Shown here: piece after piece, positions 37,877-51,434 of the stretch
How the letters are laid out: every line of letters begins with the position of its first letter
How positions within the stretch are numbered: position 1 is the first letter of the stretch
Assembly (NCBI GenBank): GCA_008632985.1
Contig: QPGO01000010.1
Span: forward strand, 248,001-312,000
Source: Psammoneis japonica
Lineage: Eukaryota
DNA length: 64,000 nt
Direction: 5' to 3'
Made by a program: the position numbers and the translations under genes
The notes under the pieces: model-generated
What the model saw: the letters and a program-made list of their open reading frames with translations, nothing else
Databases searched by the model: none
Told to the model about the DNA's origin: nothing

Positions 37877-40800
37877 TTAGTCCGCAACGTGATCTGTTTC
37901 AATGCCGTCTCCAGCTAAAATCTCTTGCTCCGTTGCACTAGCAGCGTGCGAAAGATCCAGCTTAACCGGCAGTGGGGGTGCTTGGTAGTGCATGTCGAGT
38001 TGTTTCGAAACCTCGAGACAATAGCTCGAGAGTTCTGCTTTGCTCTTAAGAATTTCTCCCACATCTTGCCAAGCAGACACATGTTGCAAAACAAGCTTGT
38101 ACTCCACAAATCCAAGGTCAGCTTCGACTCGCGTTGCACGAAAAGCAATCAATGCCAGCCATTCCTGGGTTCTACTCTTGACGAAGGCTTCAACAGTGGT
38201 GCGAAAAACTTCAATCTTGGCATATTCCACGTTGACACCGAATTTTAGATTGACGTATACTATTGCCTTTGGTGACCTTGCTCCATTGATGATTCTCTCA
38301 GCAGCAAGCGAACTATTTGAGTATGTAGCAACCTCATTGGTGGCGGCAAACCGCACAGTTGTTGAGTATAGGTCAACTTTTTCAACAAACCAGGCAGGTG
38401 ACCCATCGCTGACAGCAGTGCAAGAGCATATTATTAGGAAATGATGGAACGACAAACTTTGTGATACGTGCAGCCAAAAATGTAACCTCCTACTTACCTT
38501 CCAGTGTCGTTCCTTGGCGAAGAAATATGAATACGATCCCCGATATCATACGGCCGTCTCACTAAGATGAGAAGAATGCCCTTGATAAAATGTAGAAAAG
38601 CAACATGAGCATTGTAAATGATGAGTTCAATCGAGACCAAGAAATGCCCACTTCAATAGTACAATCGTACCTCGAAGAACTTGGACGACGCCGGGCCAAT
38701 CGCAAAGGCAAAACCGACAATCAGACCAGACAAAGATAGAATTAGCGCTAGGGGGTCAAGACCAATAATTGGCAACACGATGAATGCCAATACAATGAAG
38801 AAGAATACATTGAAGATACGCTCAAAGTTTTGGTCAATTTGAGAGGAGTTCGCAATTGAAGCGCGTAGAAGACGGAGACTTTTGTACACATTGTCAATTG
38901 ATCTGACGAAATCAATCAAGCTGAGCCGACCATCTGAATCAGGGTGAAATGTTCGGTACAGTCTCTTTAACCTAGCCTGGTTGACCACCCCCTTCTTGCC
39001 CGTTGCCACCTGAGCAATTGTTTCAAAAGGCAAGTCGATCTCTCCCGGGGTCTTCCTAAGCAGTCGTTCATAGAGCTGCTGACTTGATGCAACACAAAGT
39101 TCTCGAGTTCTTGCCGGTCCAAAAAGTGTCGAGAATGGCTCATCGTTATCAATGTATGAGAGAGCCTGGCGGAACTGGAGCATTGCCACGAGTGACGTGT
39201 CGGTCTGAAGAAAGCAAAGTTGAGTACAAAAGAGAATTCAAAATTAAGGAAACAGACAACAACAACGAATAATCTTACTAGGCTGTCCAAATCTTCTCGG
39301 TGGGGTTCGTCCCATGCTCCAAGTAACTGGATGACTTGAACTTTTGCTTTTCTCTTCAAAGATGACTCCAACACCGGTTGCGGTATATTTGGAGCGCCGC
39401 CGCTCTCTACATCAGTTGGGGAGCCTAAATCAGATTTTGAAATCGGGGATCCTGGGGCCTTGCTACCTGGACTACCATTCAAACTCATTCTCCGGCTCGA
39501 GTCCCCCTCCGGCTTGTTCGAAAAGCTACCTTCGTCTTCTTCTTCGGCGGAGGGACTCACTATTTCGTCCCATTTGAACATAGCGTCTGGGCGGCTCTTT
39601 GCACTCTTCGGCCCCCCTTCTTCAGTATCATCGTGACCGAGCCCTGCCAAAAGACTGACCAGGAGCATATCATTCATCACGGAAGCCAGCTGATGTCCGT
39701 ATTGTCTGTATGTCCTTTTCCCGAGGTACACACCCATCCACAGGCGCTTCACAGCATAGCGCAAGACACAATCACGGCAGCTATCAGTGCACTGAAGTAC
39801 CACTTATCCGTGAGCGCGTTACCAGAGGTATTCGCGGCATTAAATACCGGAATGACGTTTTGGTAATAAAGCCAATGATTTGCAAACTCCCCCTTCCCGT
39901 ACAACATTACAAAGTCCAACACAGCCCACATTAGAAGGGTGAATGGCCACCCTTTAGACTGCACCACTAAGAGCGTAAGTGTCGGCCCGATTATCTTGAC
40001 AGTGAATCGATTTCGAAGTGACAAAAAGTCAATAATGAGCAGCTCCAAAACCTTAGCAAGGGTAAAAGTGATTGTCTGCCTTATAAACAAAAATATGAAC
40101 AACCATGAGAACGATGCACATCCATCACTGCATGTGGTTGGGTTGCCAGCGTAGTATAAGGCGAACGAGACAATGAGTGTCGGTAAAAACATCCATTGAA
40201 GAACGTTTCTGCAGTAGCGAAAAATGGAATCTCTTCTGGGTCGAAGGAAATCTACAAAGTAGAAGAAGTCACCCACAATAAGATTCTTTGCTTTCTGTGC
40301 CTTTCGTGCGGCTTTCTTGCCAGTCGTTGCAACGGGAGATGTTGCTTTTTTCCTCATCTCTGACGCACGATTAGCGTCAGTGGTAGAAACTTCTTCCTCT
40401 TCTCCAGTATGGATTTCAAGGTCGTTTGTGCTCGATTGGTCACTCTTCTTTGGATGTTTCCGGAGAAAGGGGAAAAACCCCGCTTTGTCGTTTTGATTGC
40501 TTTCCTGTGCCTCGACGTCAGTATCTTGCTCACGAATTGGCTCTAAAACATTTGCCGTGGACCGGCGAAACAAGACGTTGGCATTTCTCACCAGGTTGTC
40601 TGTCTGAGTGATCGGTTCGTCCATACCCCCAAGACTGGGACTGTGATGCGTTTCTTTTTGAAATGAACCATCTTCTTCTTCCTGAAAGTCATGAATTTGC
40701 TCTGTTAGTACGACGAGCTTTTCTTGCACGTTATCGCTGCTCACAGAAGTGGACATTGCGTTGGCTAGCTCTAATGTTTCCGAAGTATTGACAATGCGTT

Positions 40801-41651
40801 GGGCCCTGATTTGTTCAGAGGCTGTGAACCAGCGACGGCGTGCTGTTGTGTTGGAGGATTGTGAGCTTCCACTCGTGGGCGAAGTCATTTTCGGAGACGA
40901 TCGCGGCGACATCCTTGCCGAATGAAACATGTCCACTGCTTCATCTGAGAGATTGGGTAGAAAAACAGCAGTTTCGTTTTCTGCTTGCTTTTGCTCAATA
41001 GCACGTAGGATGGCTGCTTCAGCTTCCGTCTCGAGAGGATCAGTAGCTTTCAAGTCCGAGAGTGTCTAAAGCAAGAGAGCGAACAATTAAAAAGCAGTGA
41101 AATGAAAGTATTTTCGTTGTGTGAGAAGCCTAGATCAAACAATCAATGTATTCTTGAAGCCCTCCAATAGCAACGAAACCGCTACTTACTATTTTCCATT
41201 TCGAAGAAGCTGACGACACCGATTTGGGGCTGAAGCTAGTTGGATCTAGCCTGCTGACATTCATTGTGTTAGATGCTTTGGAAGGGCTTTCATACTTTGA
41301 ATTGTTGTACTCCAGAGTATCAGAAAGAGCCGACAGCAAACTTTGGTCGCCTGTGCTAGCGGCTCGGCCGTGGATCGCAAACGGCCGAGGCAGCGACACC
41401 GGAACGCTCGCAGTTCGTCGATGTACTGCTGTTTTCCCTTTAGCGGTTTCCCGTTGAATGAAGGGTGGCTTATTCCTCATACCCGCACCGTTCTCAGGGT
41501 GGCGATCTTGAGGTGGAGATGGACGTTTCTTCTCCCCGATTTCAACATCTCCGTTGGGCGTAATCATTGACGATACTTCCGCTTCTTCGTCGCGAACACT
41601 CGAAGATTCACTTCTAGACTCCTGGATCCTGAGTCCCTCGTTCTTTGACAT
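37877..41651 (-). CDS. MscS-like mechanosensitive ion channel with EF-hand (multi-exon; probable frameshift at about 39755)
   Basis: Several TM helices; HPDSDGRLSLIDF EF-hand; FAFAIGPASSKFFE / GILLILVRRPYDIGDRI; VEKVDLYSTTVR...YSNSSLA..RIINGARSP, typical of eukaryotic MSL channels. Exon boundaries only approximately resolved. Confidence 0.88.
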
Positions 41652-42053
41652 GGTTAGCTACTGTACCGGTATCTTTATACCGTTGATTTGTTGAGAAAAA
41701 AAAAATAATGATCCGCATGAATGATGCGATGTTGTGTCGTTCGCCAAGAGCACACGGGAGCCAAAAAATAAATACCGTTTTTGCTTTGACGTTGCTTCGA
41801 GAATTTTCAAATTCAAAATTATTGAACTATTCAAGACTGAATATTTCAAATGTTAACAGAAACGGTGCGCAACGTACTGTACAGTACGCGAGCTGCGAGA
41901 CGGACACGAACTACATACCGCCCGCCCGGTACAGTAATGGCGCAGAGCACACCGACCTATCACGAAGCACAGCGCGACCACCAAACGCCCATGGCCATGG
42001 CCCGCTACTACTCTACCTAGAACAAGTCTATTGCTAGTTCGTATTCTTTCACA

Positions 42054-43532
42054 ATGGTTGCAACGCACCTTATGAGTCCATCGTCGCTCCCCGCGACGGC
42101 TTGTCAACTGTCTGTTTTGAGTTACAATGTGCTTCTGCCAAACAGCGTCGACGGATGGTGGAATTACAAAATGTACCACCCGCCTCTTACACCCGAGAAA
42201 CAGCATGTTGCATCATGGGAGTATCGACAGGAGCTTTTGTCAAAAAGAATCGGACTGATTGACGCCGACCTGGTTTGCTTTCAAGAAGTCAGTCCAGAGT
42301 CGTTTGAAGATGATTTCAAGTTTATGCAGGAGCTTGGTTATGACGAACATGTGTTATTCAAGAAAGGACGATTCCGACCCGCCAGCTTTTGGAAGTCGTC
42401 CAGGGTCGAGTTGGCAGCGCCACCAGTGCACAAAGATAGAACCCTCTTGACAGCCTTGAACATTATCAAGCAGCCGAAAACGGATGAAGATCCGAAAGCA
42501 ACCGACCACAGCAAGTCCAGGGCGTGGTATGTTTTGAATTGCCACTTGCAAGCTGGCCCACAAGGCCCACGGCGAGTAAGGCAAATAAACGAAGGTGTCC
42601 GTGCAGCCATGACACTTGCACGAAAGCTAAAAGGTAATTCTAGTCGGTTGTATGTGCATCATCTCTTCTTACCATCATCCAATTCACGTGTTCGATGCCT
42701 TTGTTCGTCCATGTCAGAGCCAAAGCCAGAATCCATGTTGAAACTGATTGTTTGTGGCGATTTTAACGGAGGCGACGAGTGTGGAGCTGTGCGGTACTTG
42801 GAGGACGGTTTCGTCGATGAGACATTTCTAGAAGATGGAGAGCCCGTATCATCAAAACGAAAAGCCCTGCCGCTCACTCAAACAATGACTGATGTGGCAA
42901 TGAGTGCAGGTAGAAGTACTGACAAAGAGGGTGTTCCACCTACTCTGGTTGTCCCAGAGTTCATCTCCATCATGGTGAAAGAAGGAAATGGATACGAAAC
43001 ACCGGAGTTGTCCGACGACGTCATTGATCGCTTGACAAGGATCTACTCAAAATTTGCTACTGGTGGAGAGAACGATAAAGTCATGAATATTAACGGTGTC
43101 GAGGAGTGGCTAGTTGCTATCAATGGGAAGGTGGGGCGTGGAAGTGAATTCAGAGCCGCAGCACGAGAAATGGGCTATGTCGACGATGAAGACGATGATT
43201 CAAGTGGCGGGAAGAGAAAGAGAATAGTTTTGCCGCCGGATGGAGTCTTGAGTCTCAGTGGTTTTTTGAAGGTCTATCAAGAAGAACTGAGGGGCGGCAA
43301 ATTCTGGGGTATCGCACATGACTTGGCGGTTTTGGGAGAACCCCTTCCTTACGTTGGATTATTCACGGCTCGGTTTGATCGAATGTACTGTAGTTCAGCT
43401 TCTCTGAGACCGTGCACCGTCTTAGATACTACGAGTTTGCAACCTTGTCCGAACGACAGTGAGCCATCTGACCACTTACCGGTAGCTGCAGTGCTGGAAG
43501 AGTTAGACCAAGGCAGCTGTTCTTCTAAGTGA
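42054..43532 (+). CDS. Endonuclease/exonuclease/phosphatase (CCR4/nocturnin/Angel-like); in-frame 84-bp intron at 42634-42717
   Basis: Motifs SVLSYNVL, DLVCFQEV, NCHL, CGDFN, FDRMY, PSDHLPV. Confidence 0.9.
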   Translation: MVATHLMSPSSLPATACQLSVLSYNVLLPNSVDGWWNYKMYHPPLTPEKQHVASWEYRQELLSKRIGLIDADLVCFQEVSPESFEDDFKFMQELGYDEHVLFKKGRFRPASFWKSSRVELAAPPVHKDRTLLTALNIIKQPKTDEDPKATDHSKSRAWYVLNCHLQAGPQGPRRVRQINEGVRAAMTLARKLKGNSSRLYVHHLFLPSSNSRVRCLCSSMSEPKPESMLKLIVCGDFNGGDECGAVRYLEDGFVDETFLEDGEPVSSKRKALPLTQTMTDVAMSAGRSTDKEGVPPTLVVPEFISIMVKEGNGYETPELSDDVIDRLTRIYSKFATGGENDKVMNINGVEEWLVAINGKVGRGSEFRAAAREMGYVDDEDDDSSGGKRKRIVLPPDGVLSLSGFLKVYQEELRGGKFWGIAHDLAVLGEPLPYVGLFTARFDRMYCSSASLRPCTVLDTTSLQPCPNDSEPSDHLPVAAVLEELDQGSCSSK

Positions 43533-43734
43533 CCTTGAATTAATGATAGTACGGTTGCACTCTAAAGAGCATAGACGTGACAAACATCCGGTACTCAAAG
43601 GAGAACAATAAACGAAGCCGTCCTCCTTGTCATTCATCACTCCAGTTCCTATATTGTTGCCTTGTGTAGTGGCACAGAAGTATTTTCGATGTGCCGGTGT
43701 CCTTTGCGGTTTTTTACCCAATTTATTTTGTTAC

Positions 43735-44300
43735 AATAGTACGACGCAAGGATGACGCCTTTGTGAGCAAGTGCACACCGGGTGTACAAGGACGGCACAA
43801 AGGTTCGAAAGCAGAACAAGAGAGTGATACCAGTCGTCTGTATCCATTTAAAATGGCAAAAGATATTCCCAAGATGTAATGTTGCCGTAGTACAACGCAA
43901 GGATGACGTCTTCGTGAGCAAGCGCACACCGGGTGTCCAAGGACGGCACAAAGGTTCGAAAGCAGAACAAGAGAGTGATGCCTGTCGTCTATCCATCTAA
44001 AATGGCAAAAGATATTCCCAAGATGTTATGTTGCCGTCGTACAACGCAAGGTTGACGTCTTCGCGAGCGAGCGCACACCGGGTGCACAAGGACGGCACAA
44101 AGGTTCGAAAGCAGAACAAGAGAAATTTACAATGGCAAAAGATATTCCCAAGATGTTATGTTGCCGTCGTACAACGCAAGGTTGACGTCTTCGCGAGCGA
44201 GCGCACACCGGGTGCACAAGGACGGCACAAAGGTTCGAAAGCAGAACAAGAGAGTGATACCAGTCGTCTGTATCCATCTACAATGGCAAAAGATATTTCC
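43735..44300. repeat. Tandem repeat, about 4 copies of a 130-151-bp unit
   Basis: aggttcgaaagcagaacaagag at 43801, 43952, 44101 and 44231. The sequence between these matches is also homologous. Confidence 0.93.
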
Positions 44301-44936
44301 AAAATCCCGTTACCTTATTGCTTACGCTTTGCTTATGAACACCGCACCAACTTGGATTCGTGACAAGGATTGGAAATCAAATAAAAGGCCAGACCCAACA
44401 CAATCGATTCGGATATACCGCAACGTCGTAGCTTGGCTACAGATAGATCCTTCATTGCCATTGTCGTCTCTTCCAATGACGGAAAGAACGGCGCAAACTC
44501 GGGACACGTAGGCGTTTTTGAATTATTTGTGGGAGGCCAGGAGAAGACAGGATCTTCAGCTGTCCCAGCTACAAAGCAGACTTTTGCCACCAGCAGAAGA
44601 CGGATTTTTGTTGCGGACGGGCTAGAAGCGAGCCACCTTGAGAGTTCTTGGTGAGTGACGACGTTCATCTCAAGGCTACTCGAGGAAAAGCCACGTGCAG
44701 CTCAGTCGTTTTGAGTCTGAGCTGCTGTCGCGGTGGAAGACGTGAAACAGAAAACGCTAGGCCGTTGTAGACAAATACCGAAGAAGCAGCCACCAACGAC
44801 CACGGGTGATGTACATGCCATACTCTCGTATGTCTAGAGCGTCGTTTGGGGGGGAGGTTGAGTTTGATGAAAGGAATGCATGCACCACAGGTACTTGTAT
44901 GGAGGATCGGCTATGGTCCTCGGCTCCTCGGCAGAA

Positions 44937-45539
44937 CTAAAAGTTTACCACTCGTTTCTTCTTTCGTTTCTTGACCATCGTATCATCGCCATTTTTTTCT
45001 CCAGAAACGTCTTCCACTGCAGCAGTCTCGTCGCGCTCCAGCAAATCTTGTACAGGCGTGTCATCCAACGATTTATCCGCCTTGTCTGTCTTGTTTTTGT
45101 TTCTCTCGGGACAATCGGTAGCACGATGCATTTTGGAGCCACACTCGCGACATTCCCCGCCATGGACATAAATTCCTTTTGTATTTGTCGGGCACGCCGA
45201 GGCCAAATGTCCCTTGTTGTGGCATAAGTAGCAAGTCGCAAACGGCAAATCGGTAAAGGTTTGGTTCGAAGCCTTGTGTTTTGGGCAGTTGTGCAGCGAG
45301 TGCTCCGTCGAGCCACACTTGAAACACACCACAGTGTCAGCGGCTTGTCGATGATGGTTCTTCTCTTGCTGCGGACAATCAGCAGCCACATGTCCGACAC
45401 TGCGACAAACAAAACACGTCAACCTCGAATGCTTCTCTCGTTGAATCTTGGAATGTCGGCGTTGACGAGCTAACTGCGTGTACTTTGCACGACGTTCCTC
45501 CTTCGTTAGTTTGGGCTTCGTTGTTTTCTTTGCTTTCAT
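44937..45539 (-). CDS. CCHC zinc-knuckle protein (ZCCHC9/AIR1-like), 4 knuckles
   Basis: CFVCRSVGHVAADC, CFKCGSTEHSLHNC, CYLCHNKGHLASAC, CRECGSKMHRATDC. KGIY..GG linker; C-terminal KKKRVVNF. Confidence 0.88.
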   Translation of the reverse strand: MKAKKTTKPKLTKEERRAKYTQLARQRRHSKIQREKHSRLTCFVCRSVGHVAADCPQQEKNHHRQAADTVVCFKCGSTEHSLHNCPKHKASNQTFTDLPFATCYLCHNKGHLASACPTNTKGIYVHGGECRECGSKMHRATDCPERNKNKTDKADKSLDDTPVQDLLERDETAAVEDVSGEKNGDDTMVKKRKKKRVVNF

Positions 45540-45619
45540 CCTGTCTGTTACAATGCTTTGTAGATGCACGTAGCCGTATTGACTTCTCAGTTTCCTAACA
45601 AGAGCAGGCAAAAGTGATA

Positions 45620-47900
45620 AAGCGAAGACGAATGAAAGACGAGTGGTGGTGGCTGCGATGGTGGAGGGAACTTTCGGTCGTGTTGGTGGTTGGTGGCGGA
45701 AAACAGTGCCTCATGACCTGATTGTCCTCACAGAATTCTGTGGTGAGCAACGACGACCTCCCGACGCATCTCTCTTGCATGTGCAGAAAGAGGTTGTCAG
45801 TTTCTTAGACTTGAGCTTCAACTTTGCAAATGGCTGGGAGTTTTGTCTCTTTGTGGAACACAAGTTTGTCTGAAACTGGATCCCATGAATGAGTTGCAGA
45901 GTTGAGCGGTGTTGTTGGCACACCTGCTTGTTGTTCTCTCCAAGCACTGCCAACAAAGTGGCGAGTTGGTCGCACTCACAAATGCCCTGTCAGGTGGTGG
46001 GGCATCAGATGACAAAGAAGAGGAACCCAACTCCAACAAGGAGGAGGCTTCTTAAGCTGCAGCATCTGCCTCCAGGGCCATGACATCTGCGGGTCGTTGC
46101 TTGGAAAATGCTGGCTCCGCCCATTTGCTTGTGCACCTCTGAGCTGATGAAGTGCTCGCAGTGTGCAAAGTTCTCCAAGCAAACTCAGAGTGCAGAGGTG
46201 CTGGTGCAGCTGGCAGAGGGGACAGGATTCCTTTGTGCATGATTCCTCGTGGTCCACATTGACCAAATGCAAATGCCTCCGATTGGTCGACACCTCTTGA
46301 AGTGCCCCTGTCAAAAAGACGCTCAATTTTCTTTGTTTTGCTGTGAAACCAGCTCCAGAGAAAAAGACTCATTCACACACAACACCAGAAGGTTGTTTTT
46401 GATTGGCATGTGTTTGAACTTGTTTGCTGCACTTCAACAGCAAACAAGGTGTGCTTGGTTCTCGTCAAGTCGCTCCCCAGCCCAACTGAGTGCAGATGAG
46501 ACAAAGCAGAAAGTTGACAATGCCTCCATCACAAATGCCCACAAGAGCAACCCCAGCCACCATGAATGTTTGAACCAGCTCATCCTCAGCATTGTCATGG
46601 TTGGATTGCTCCTTTGCTCCTTTGTCAGCTTCCATGTCATTCTTCTTTTGTTGTTGCAGAAATCATCTTTTGAGAAGCTTCGCAAGCATTTCACAAGTTG
46701 TGCTGTCCATGTCATGTCCAGTGTTTTGGAGCTTTTTGTGCACAACATCACATCCATGCTTGTCATGTGGTCCTCATTGTGCCTTGGTCTTGTTGGCTGA
46801 TGGTTCTGGGACATGCAGCGCAGCTGTCAGAACTCCCTGAACAAATCAGGAAAGTCCAGAGTCTTGAAGGTCTCCACTTGCATGATCAGTTTGGCACAAT
46901 CAGCTCCAAAATGGTGAAGAGCAAATTCTCCTTCCTCATGAGAGGGTGCAACTCTTGCTGTCTGTGCAGATGAGCAACTCACACACAGTGCCAGACTCTG
47001 CCGTTTGACTTTGAGGCCAGCGCACTCAAAATTGTCAGCAAGATCCAGTGGTGCCATGGCATGATCTTTGACTGAGAAAAGTTCATCCACTGGGAAATCT
47101 GCATGGAATGAATTGCAGAAAATGATGGAGGATGGGTGGCTCAACTCCTTCAATCTCAGTCGGCGGATCATTTTCTTGCTCGATTTGCAGCCAAGATTCT
47201 GGCAAAACCAGGAGCTCAATTTGCCAGAGTCACCTTGCACACCTCAAATGTTTTTCCTCCAACAGACAAGGTCACATGACAGCACTTTTGTGAAGTGCAG
47301 GTGTTTGACACATCATTCTGGAGCACGCTGCTGCTGCTGCTGCTGCTGCTGAAGGGAGGTGCCAGATCTGGGTGAGCAGCAGTTGGAAGAAGAATCTTCC
47401 AATGAACAAGACACCAAGATCCCCATTTTCTGAGAATGACCCAAAAGGATTGGGGTTCAAAATGAAGGGCCTTGGAAATTCCCAAACACTTTTGGCATCA
47501 CGTGCCTTGCAGATGCTCTGGTGCGCAGGAGCATGAGAGTTGTTCGGTGTCTTGTTGCCCCCCTGCAAAACAACCAAAATGATGAGACTTTCACTTGAAC
47601 TGAATCACCCCACTTGTCAGTGCACTCCAAAAAGATCAACACCTTGGTTGTGCTTTCATCAGAAATGATTTGCCCACGTGGGTGCAGCGGCAATGCCCAC
47701 ACAAGAAATGTCGACGATGGCAGGGAAGCGATGCTGGGCTGCGGACGAGGGAAGCTCTCCAGTCCATGATGTTTCTGATTGAGATTGTCAAAATCCTGAA
47801 ATGCAAAGCTGATAACTGGGAGTTTTGCAGCAGGCAATTTGTCCCCAACCCCCAACAATGACAGAAACTTTGATAAATTCATTCATGTCATTTGTTCCTT
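45620..47900. other. TpA- and CpG-depleted hypermutated block 4
   Basis: Very few TA in about 2.2 kb (for example cttaga 45805, cttaag 46051). TG/CA rich, with a (TGC)n microsatellite. Confidence 0.9.
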
Positions 47901-48046
47901 GTCGACTACTTTTTCTTGTCCTGTTGTGTCGCGCGTTCGCATCGCACATACCGTAGCCGTCTCGTGTCTCGGTACCGGCACGCTGCACCATGCACCATGT
48001 TGGCTGACCGCTCAGCTACATTACAGTAGGAATCCTAGTGAACACC

Positions 48047-50615
48047 ATGAAGAATCGGCCAAACAGTAGTAAGCGTCGAATCAAGAAGAAGAAGAAAAAG
48101 GACCTTCACGAGGCTGTATCAATTGTGGGTCCAGACTGCGTCCAGTTTCTCCAAGGAAAGCTTCAGTGCAGCGACAATCGAATCAAGGACGTTTCTCTCG
48201 TGCTTTGCGGCGAGACGCATTTCGATGCGATTGATGTTACACGAAAAGGGGGACGGTTCCATCCAAAAGATGGCTGGATAATACGTTCCAATCAAGAATT
48301 GAACTTTGATCCATGTTGGAAAGTCAAGCTGATGAAAGAATCACGAAAATTGCAGCCGCTCTCACAGGCTCAGAAATGGGCTGCCGAATGGGTGGAGGAA
48401 CGAGAGGACGAGAACGAGCCTGAATGGCATACGCTACATTGTCAGCTGCTGCTCTTGTGGTTTCCACTGGACACAAATGTAAACAAGTCCAATAAGGGCA
48501 AGTCGTTCATAGTGGAATTAAGGGATGGCGATGACGATAGCGATAGTGATTCGTCGCACGATGAAAGCAAGTCCGTACTTCCTACTCAAGTTGCTCAATG
48601 GATGCATCATCAAATTTCTTGTAACAGCGAAAAGAGAACCGTAGAAGAGACGTCACTGCGTAGCACAAGAAGTGTACCCAAAGTCTTTGAATGGGGCGAC
48701 CTAGATGACGAGGCGAGGGAGCTCAACAAGCGACGCTTGTCGGAAGTGGAAATCCCTCCGCAGGAACTTGATTCCATAGTCGACGGTCGTAAGTTGCTTC
48801 GAAAGCAAGAGAACATTTGGACCTTTGATGATTGGTTCTCATACCTTCAAGAGAATCACCAACAAGATGACAGCATTGATCTTCATTTGGTTTTTGAAGC
48901 TTCTGTGCCTCCTTGGGAGGTTGAGCTGGAGCGCACAAGCGACAGGAAGATTCAACCCGCTCACGACATTATTCGATGTGCGTCGTCTGACTCGGACCCC
49001 TCCACACTGGACGTTTTTGATCCATCAATGGATGGAGTGGGTTCTTACTGCGACTATTGTTATCGCAAGTTTATGAATCAAATGTTGGCAGAGCAACAGT
49101 CTACAACCGAGGCTGGATGCAAGGATGACTTTGTCAAAAGCACGTGGTTTCACTGCGTGACACACGAGACCTTGGTTGCGAGGCTGCCTGTCATGCGACT
49201 CTGTTAAAATCAAGTGGTTAGACCTCCTTAGTCACGCTGAACATTCTTTTCTGTTTGGTAAGGAGTCACTGCCGTACAACGTCGAGGAGATACAGGCCGC
49301 CACTTCAGAGCACCACTTTGTACCTGCATCGTTGATGAATCCCGAGCTCTGCGTGTTACATCCTTGATAGCAAATGGTGCAACCAAGCAAGATCTCCAAG
49401 ATGAAGGATCCTCCTCCTCTGACGACGGGACGAATCAAAACTCTCGATGGGAACGTCGCTCTCCGAAGAACTTTTGCTTGAATCAGATTCAAAGGATGAC
49501 CATGATTGCGATAACAAGGACAGAAAAGTAATGGAGGAAAATGCGTTTGATTTGACCTTTCCAAGTTTCGAAGGCTTCTTTGGGCTCTCTACCGATTTTC
49601 TTTATTATTCGCCACACGTCAAACTTTTGTTTTCGCCCTTTTTGGCAAAGTGTTGCAAGGACCTGCAAACATGGGAGGATTTTTTTACTCATCTTTTCTT
49701 TGGGGGCACGATATCTGACGCACTTGGGTTGCTCGATTTGGATGCAGCGGAATGTACGTTCATATTCGCAGTCCAATCCTCAAGGAATGGGATTTCGCTA
49801 CCGGCCAGTACATTTGGAAAGAGCGAGATGATACTGAGGAATACATCACTTCGCCATTCTTCCCACATGTGCATTACCTCAAAGCAAAGGATTCTAGTCC
49901 ACCTCGAACCTGGAGTGCACATTTGTACTCCAAGCTTGCTAGCATTGAGAGATGTAACGCCGCGAGCAGCACCCAGTCGGTTCCTCATGTCAAGACTGTT
50001 GCCAAAGAAGCGAGATCATGGACGATTTCGAGCATAAAACGTGCTTCTGCTGATCCAAAGGGTGCGGATGACCAGCATTGTGGTGGTGAGTGGTTTCAGG
50101 CGTTTTTGCGAGCAGCGCATTCGGATATCTACGAGGATGTGGACACGTCGGATCCTGTGGTTTTAATGCAGAAGAATTACGTTCCCAGTGAATCACAAGG
50201 ACGACGGAAAAAGTATAATGTGGGCAGGATCAGAATCCCTAACACAAAGGAAATGTTTGACGAGATTTCGTCGTTCTACCAAGACGGTAAATCATTTGAG
50301 GCGGGGTCAAAGACGACTTCACCTCGAGTGGAAGCTTGGCCAAGATTCTTATTGATATATGGATGTCCAGTCTCGTCGACTTTTCCACCATCCTCAAGGT
50401 TGCAGACCTTGTTAATTCGTCTGATCAAAACCGAGTGGTGATTGTATTGTACATGGGACAGTTCACGTTAAGAACGTTGCGGACTTTTACGAACAGCAGG
50501 CGGGTTTTCGGAAAAGATGCTTTGTTGGTAAATATTCTTGGGACGAACACGAAGTGAAGACGCTCAAGCTACCATCTTTGCTTTGGACCTTTCGGAGCAT
50601 AAACAAAAAATCTAG
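48047..50615 (+). CDS. Large hypothetical protein broken by several single-base frameshifts
   Basis: Overlapping coding-like ORFs (48038-49207, 49176-49367, 49447-50037, 49752-50441, 50336-50557) can be stitched together, for example HCV-DTRDLGCE. Normal dinucleotide content. The 3' end is approximate. Confidence 0.65.
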
Positions 50616-50713
50616 AGATACAGTAATTGTTACGTCTCTTGAAAAGTGTGCAAAAAAGCTTTGGCATGGAGCCGACTATCATTCCCATTCCGACATCACA
50701 CTGTAGATTACAA

Positions 50714-51206
50714 TTAAAGATTCCATCTCATGGTTGGTTCTGTATTTGGGCCACGGAGAGGTGGAACGCCTTCCTTTTTCGGTTTCTTTACACCCATATT
50801 TTGCTTCTTTATCCGCGCCTCGGCGGCCTTGGCTCGATCAGCACGAATTCGGTCGCGGTCGCTGTTTGTCAAATCCGGATTATGATACGGTTCTGGTGTT
50901 TCCTCGTATGTGTCTTTCTTTTCTGATTGGGGGGCCAACTGCTGTGTTTCATTTGCTGTACCCAATCGGTGGCCCTGTTTTGAGCGTTGAGCGATTGATT
51001 ATGAGGGGGAAATGAACGGGAAAAATGAGAAAACGACGAGAAAAGCAACACGTACTTACTTCTGCTACATGACACTACGCCACTATAAAGGTAACACAAA
51101 ACATTCTTTTAATTCTCACCTCTCCTTGGAATGCCTGGTTCCTCGACGGAGCTCCACTTGAGCCTCCTGTGTCATCGCCGTCTAAGCAACCACAACAATT
51201 CCCCAT
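50714..51206 (-). CDS. Small acylated protein, SVIP-like; 2 exons (51206-51120, 50974-50714)
   Basis: MGNCCGC myristoylation/palmitoylation N-terminus; AFQGE|GHRLG (SHP-like) across a phase-0 GT..AG intron; RAKAAEAR; C-terminal MRWNL. Confidence 0.72.
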
Positions 51207-51434
51207 GGTGAAATGTTGCGTTAGCGATTGAACCGCACCGCCCGCCCGCCCGATGACTACCGGACGCTGACGTCTGTGCCTGTGTCCTACGGTATCCAAC
51301 AGCGCCGGTCGCGCGCCGAATATCCATAGAAAGTCGCGATCACTTTTAGTCGTGCCGCCTTCCTTCACTCTTAGTCGTACCGCCACATCGAGCGAGCTTT
51401 GCGAGTCTCATTTTTTCCCGCTGTGACAAAGTAA

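Noticed and set aside
43735..44300. Possible CRISPR array
   Set aside because: The whole unit is repeated with no unique spacers, there are no cas genes, and the context is eukaryotic.
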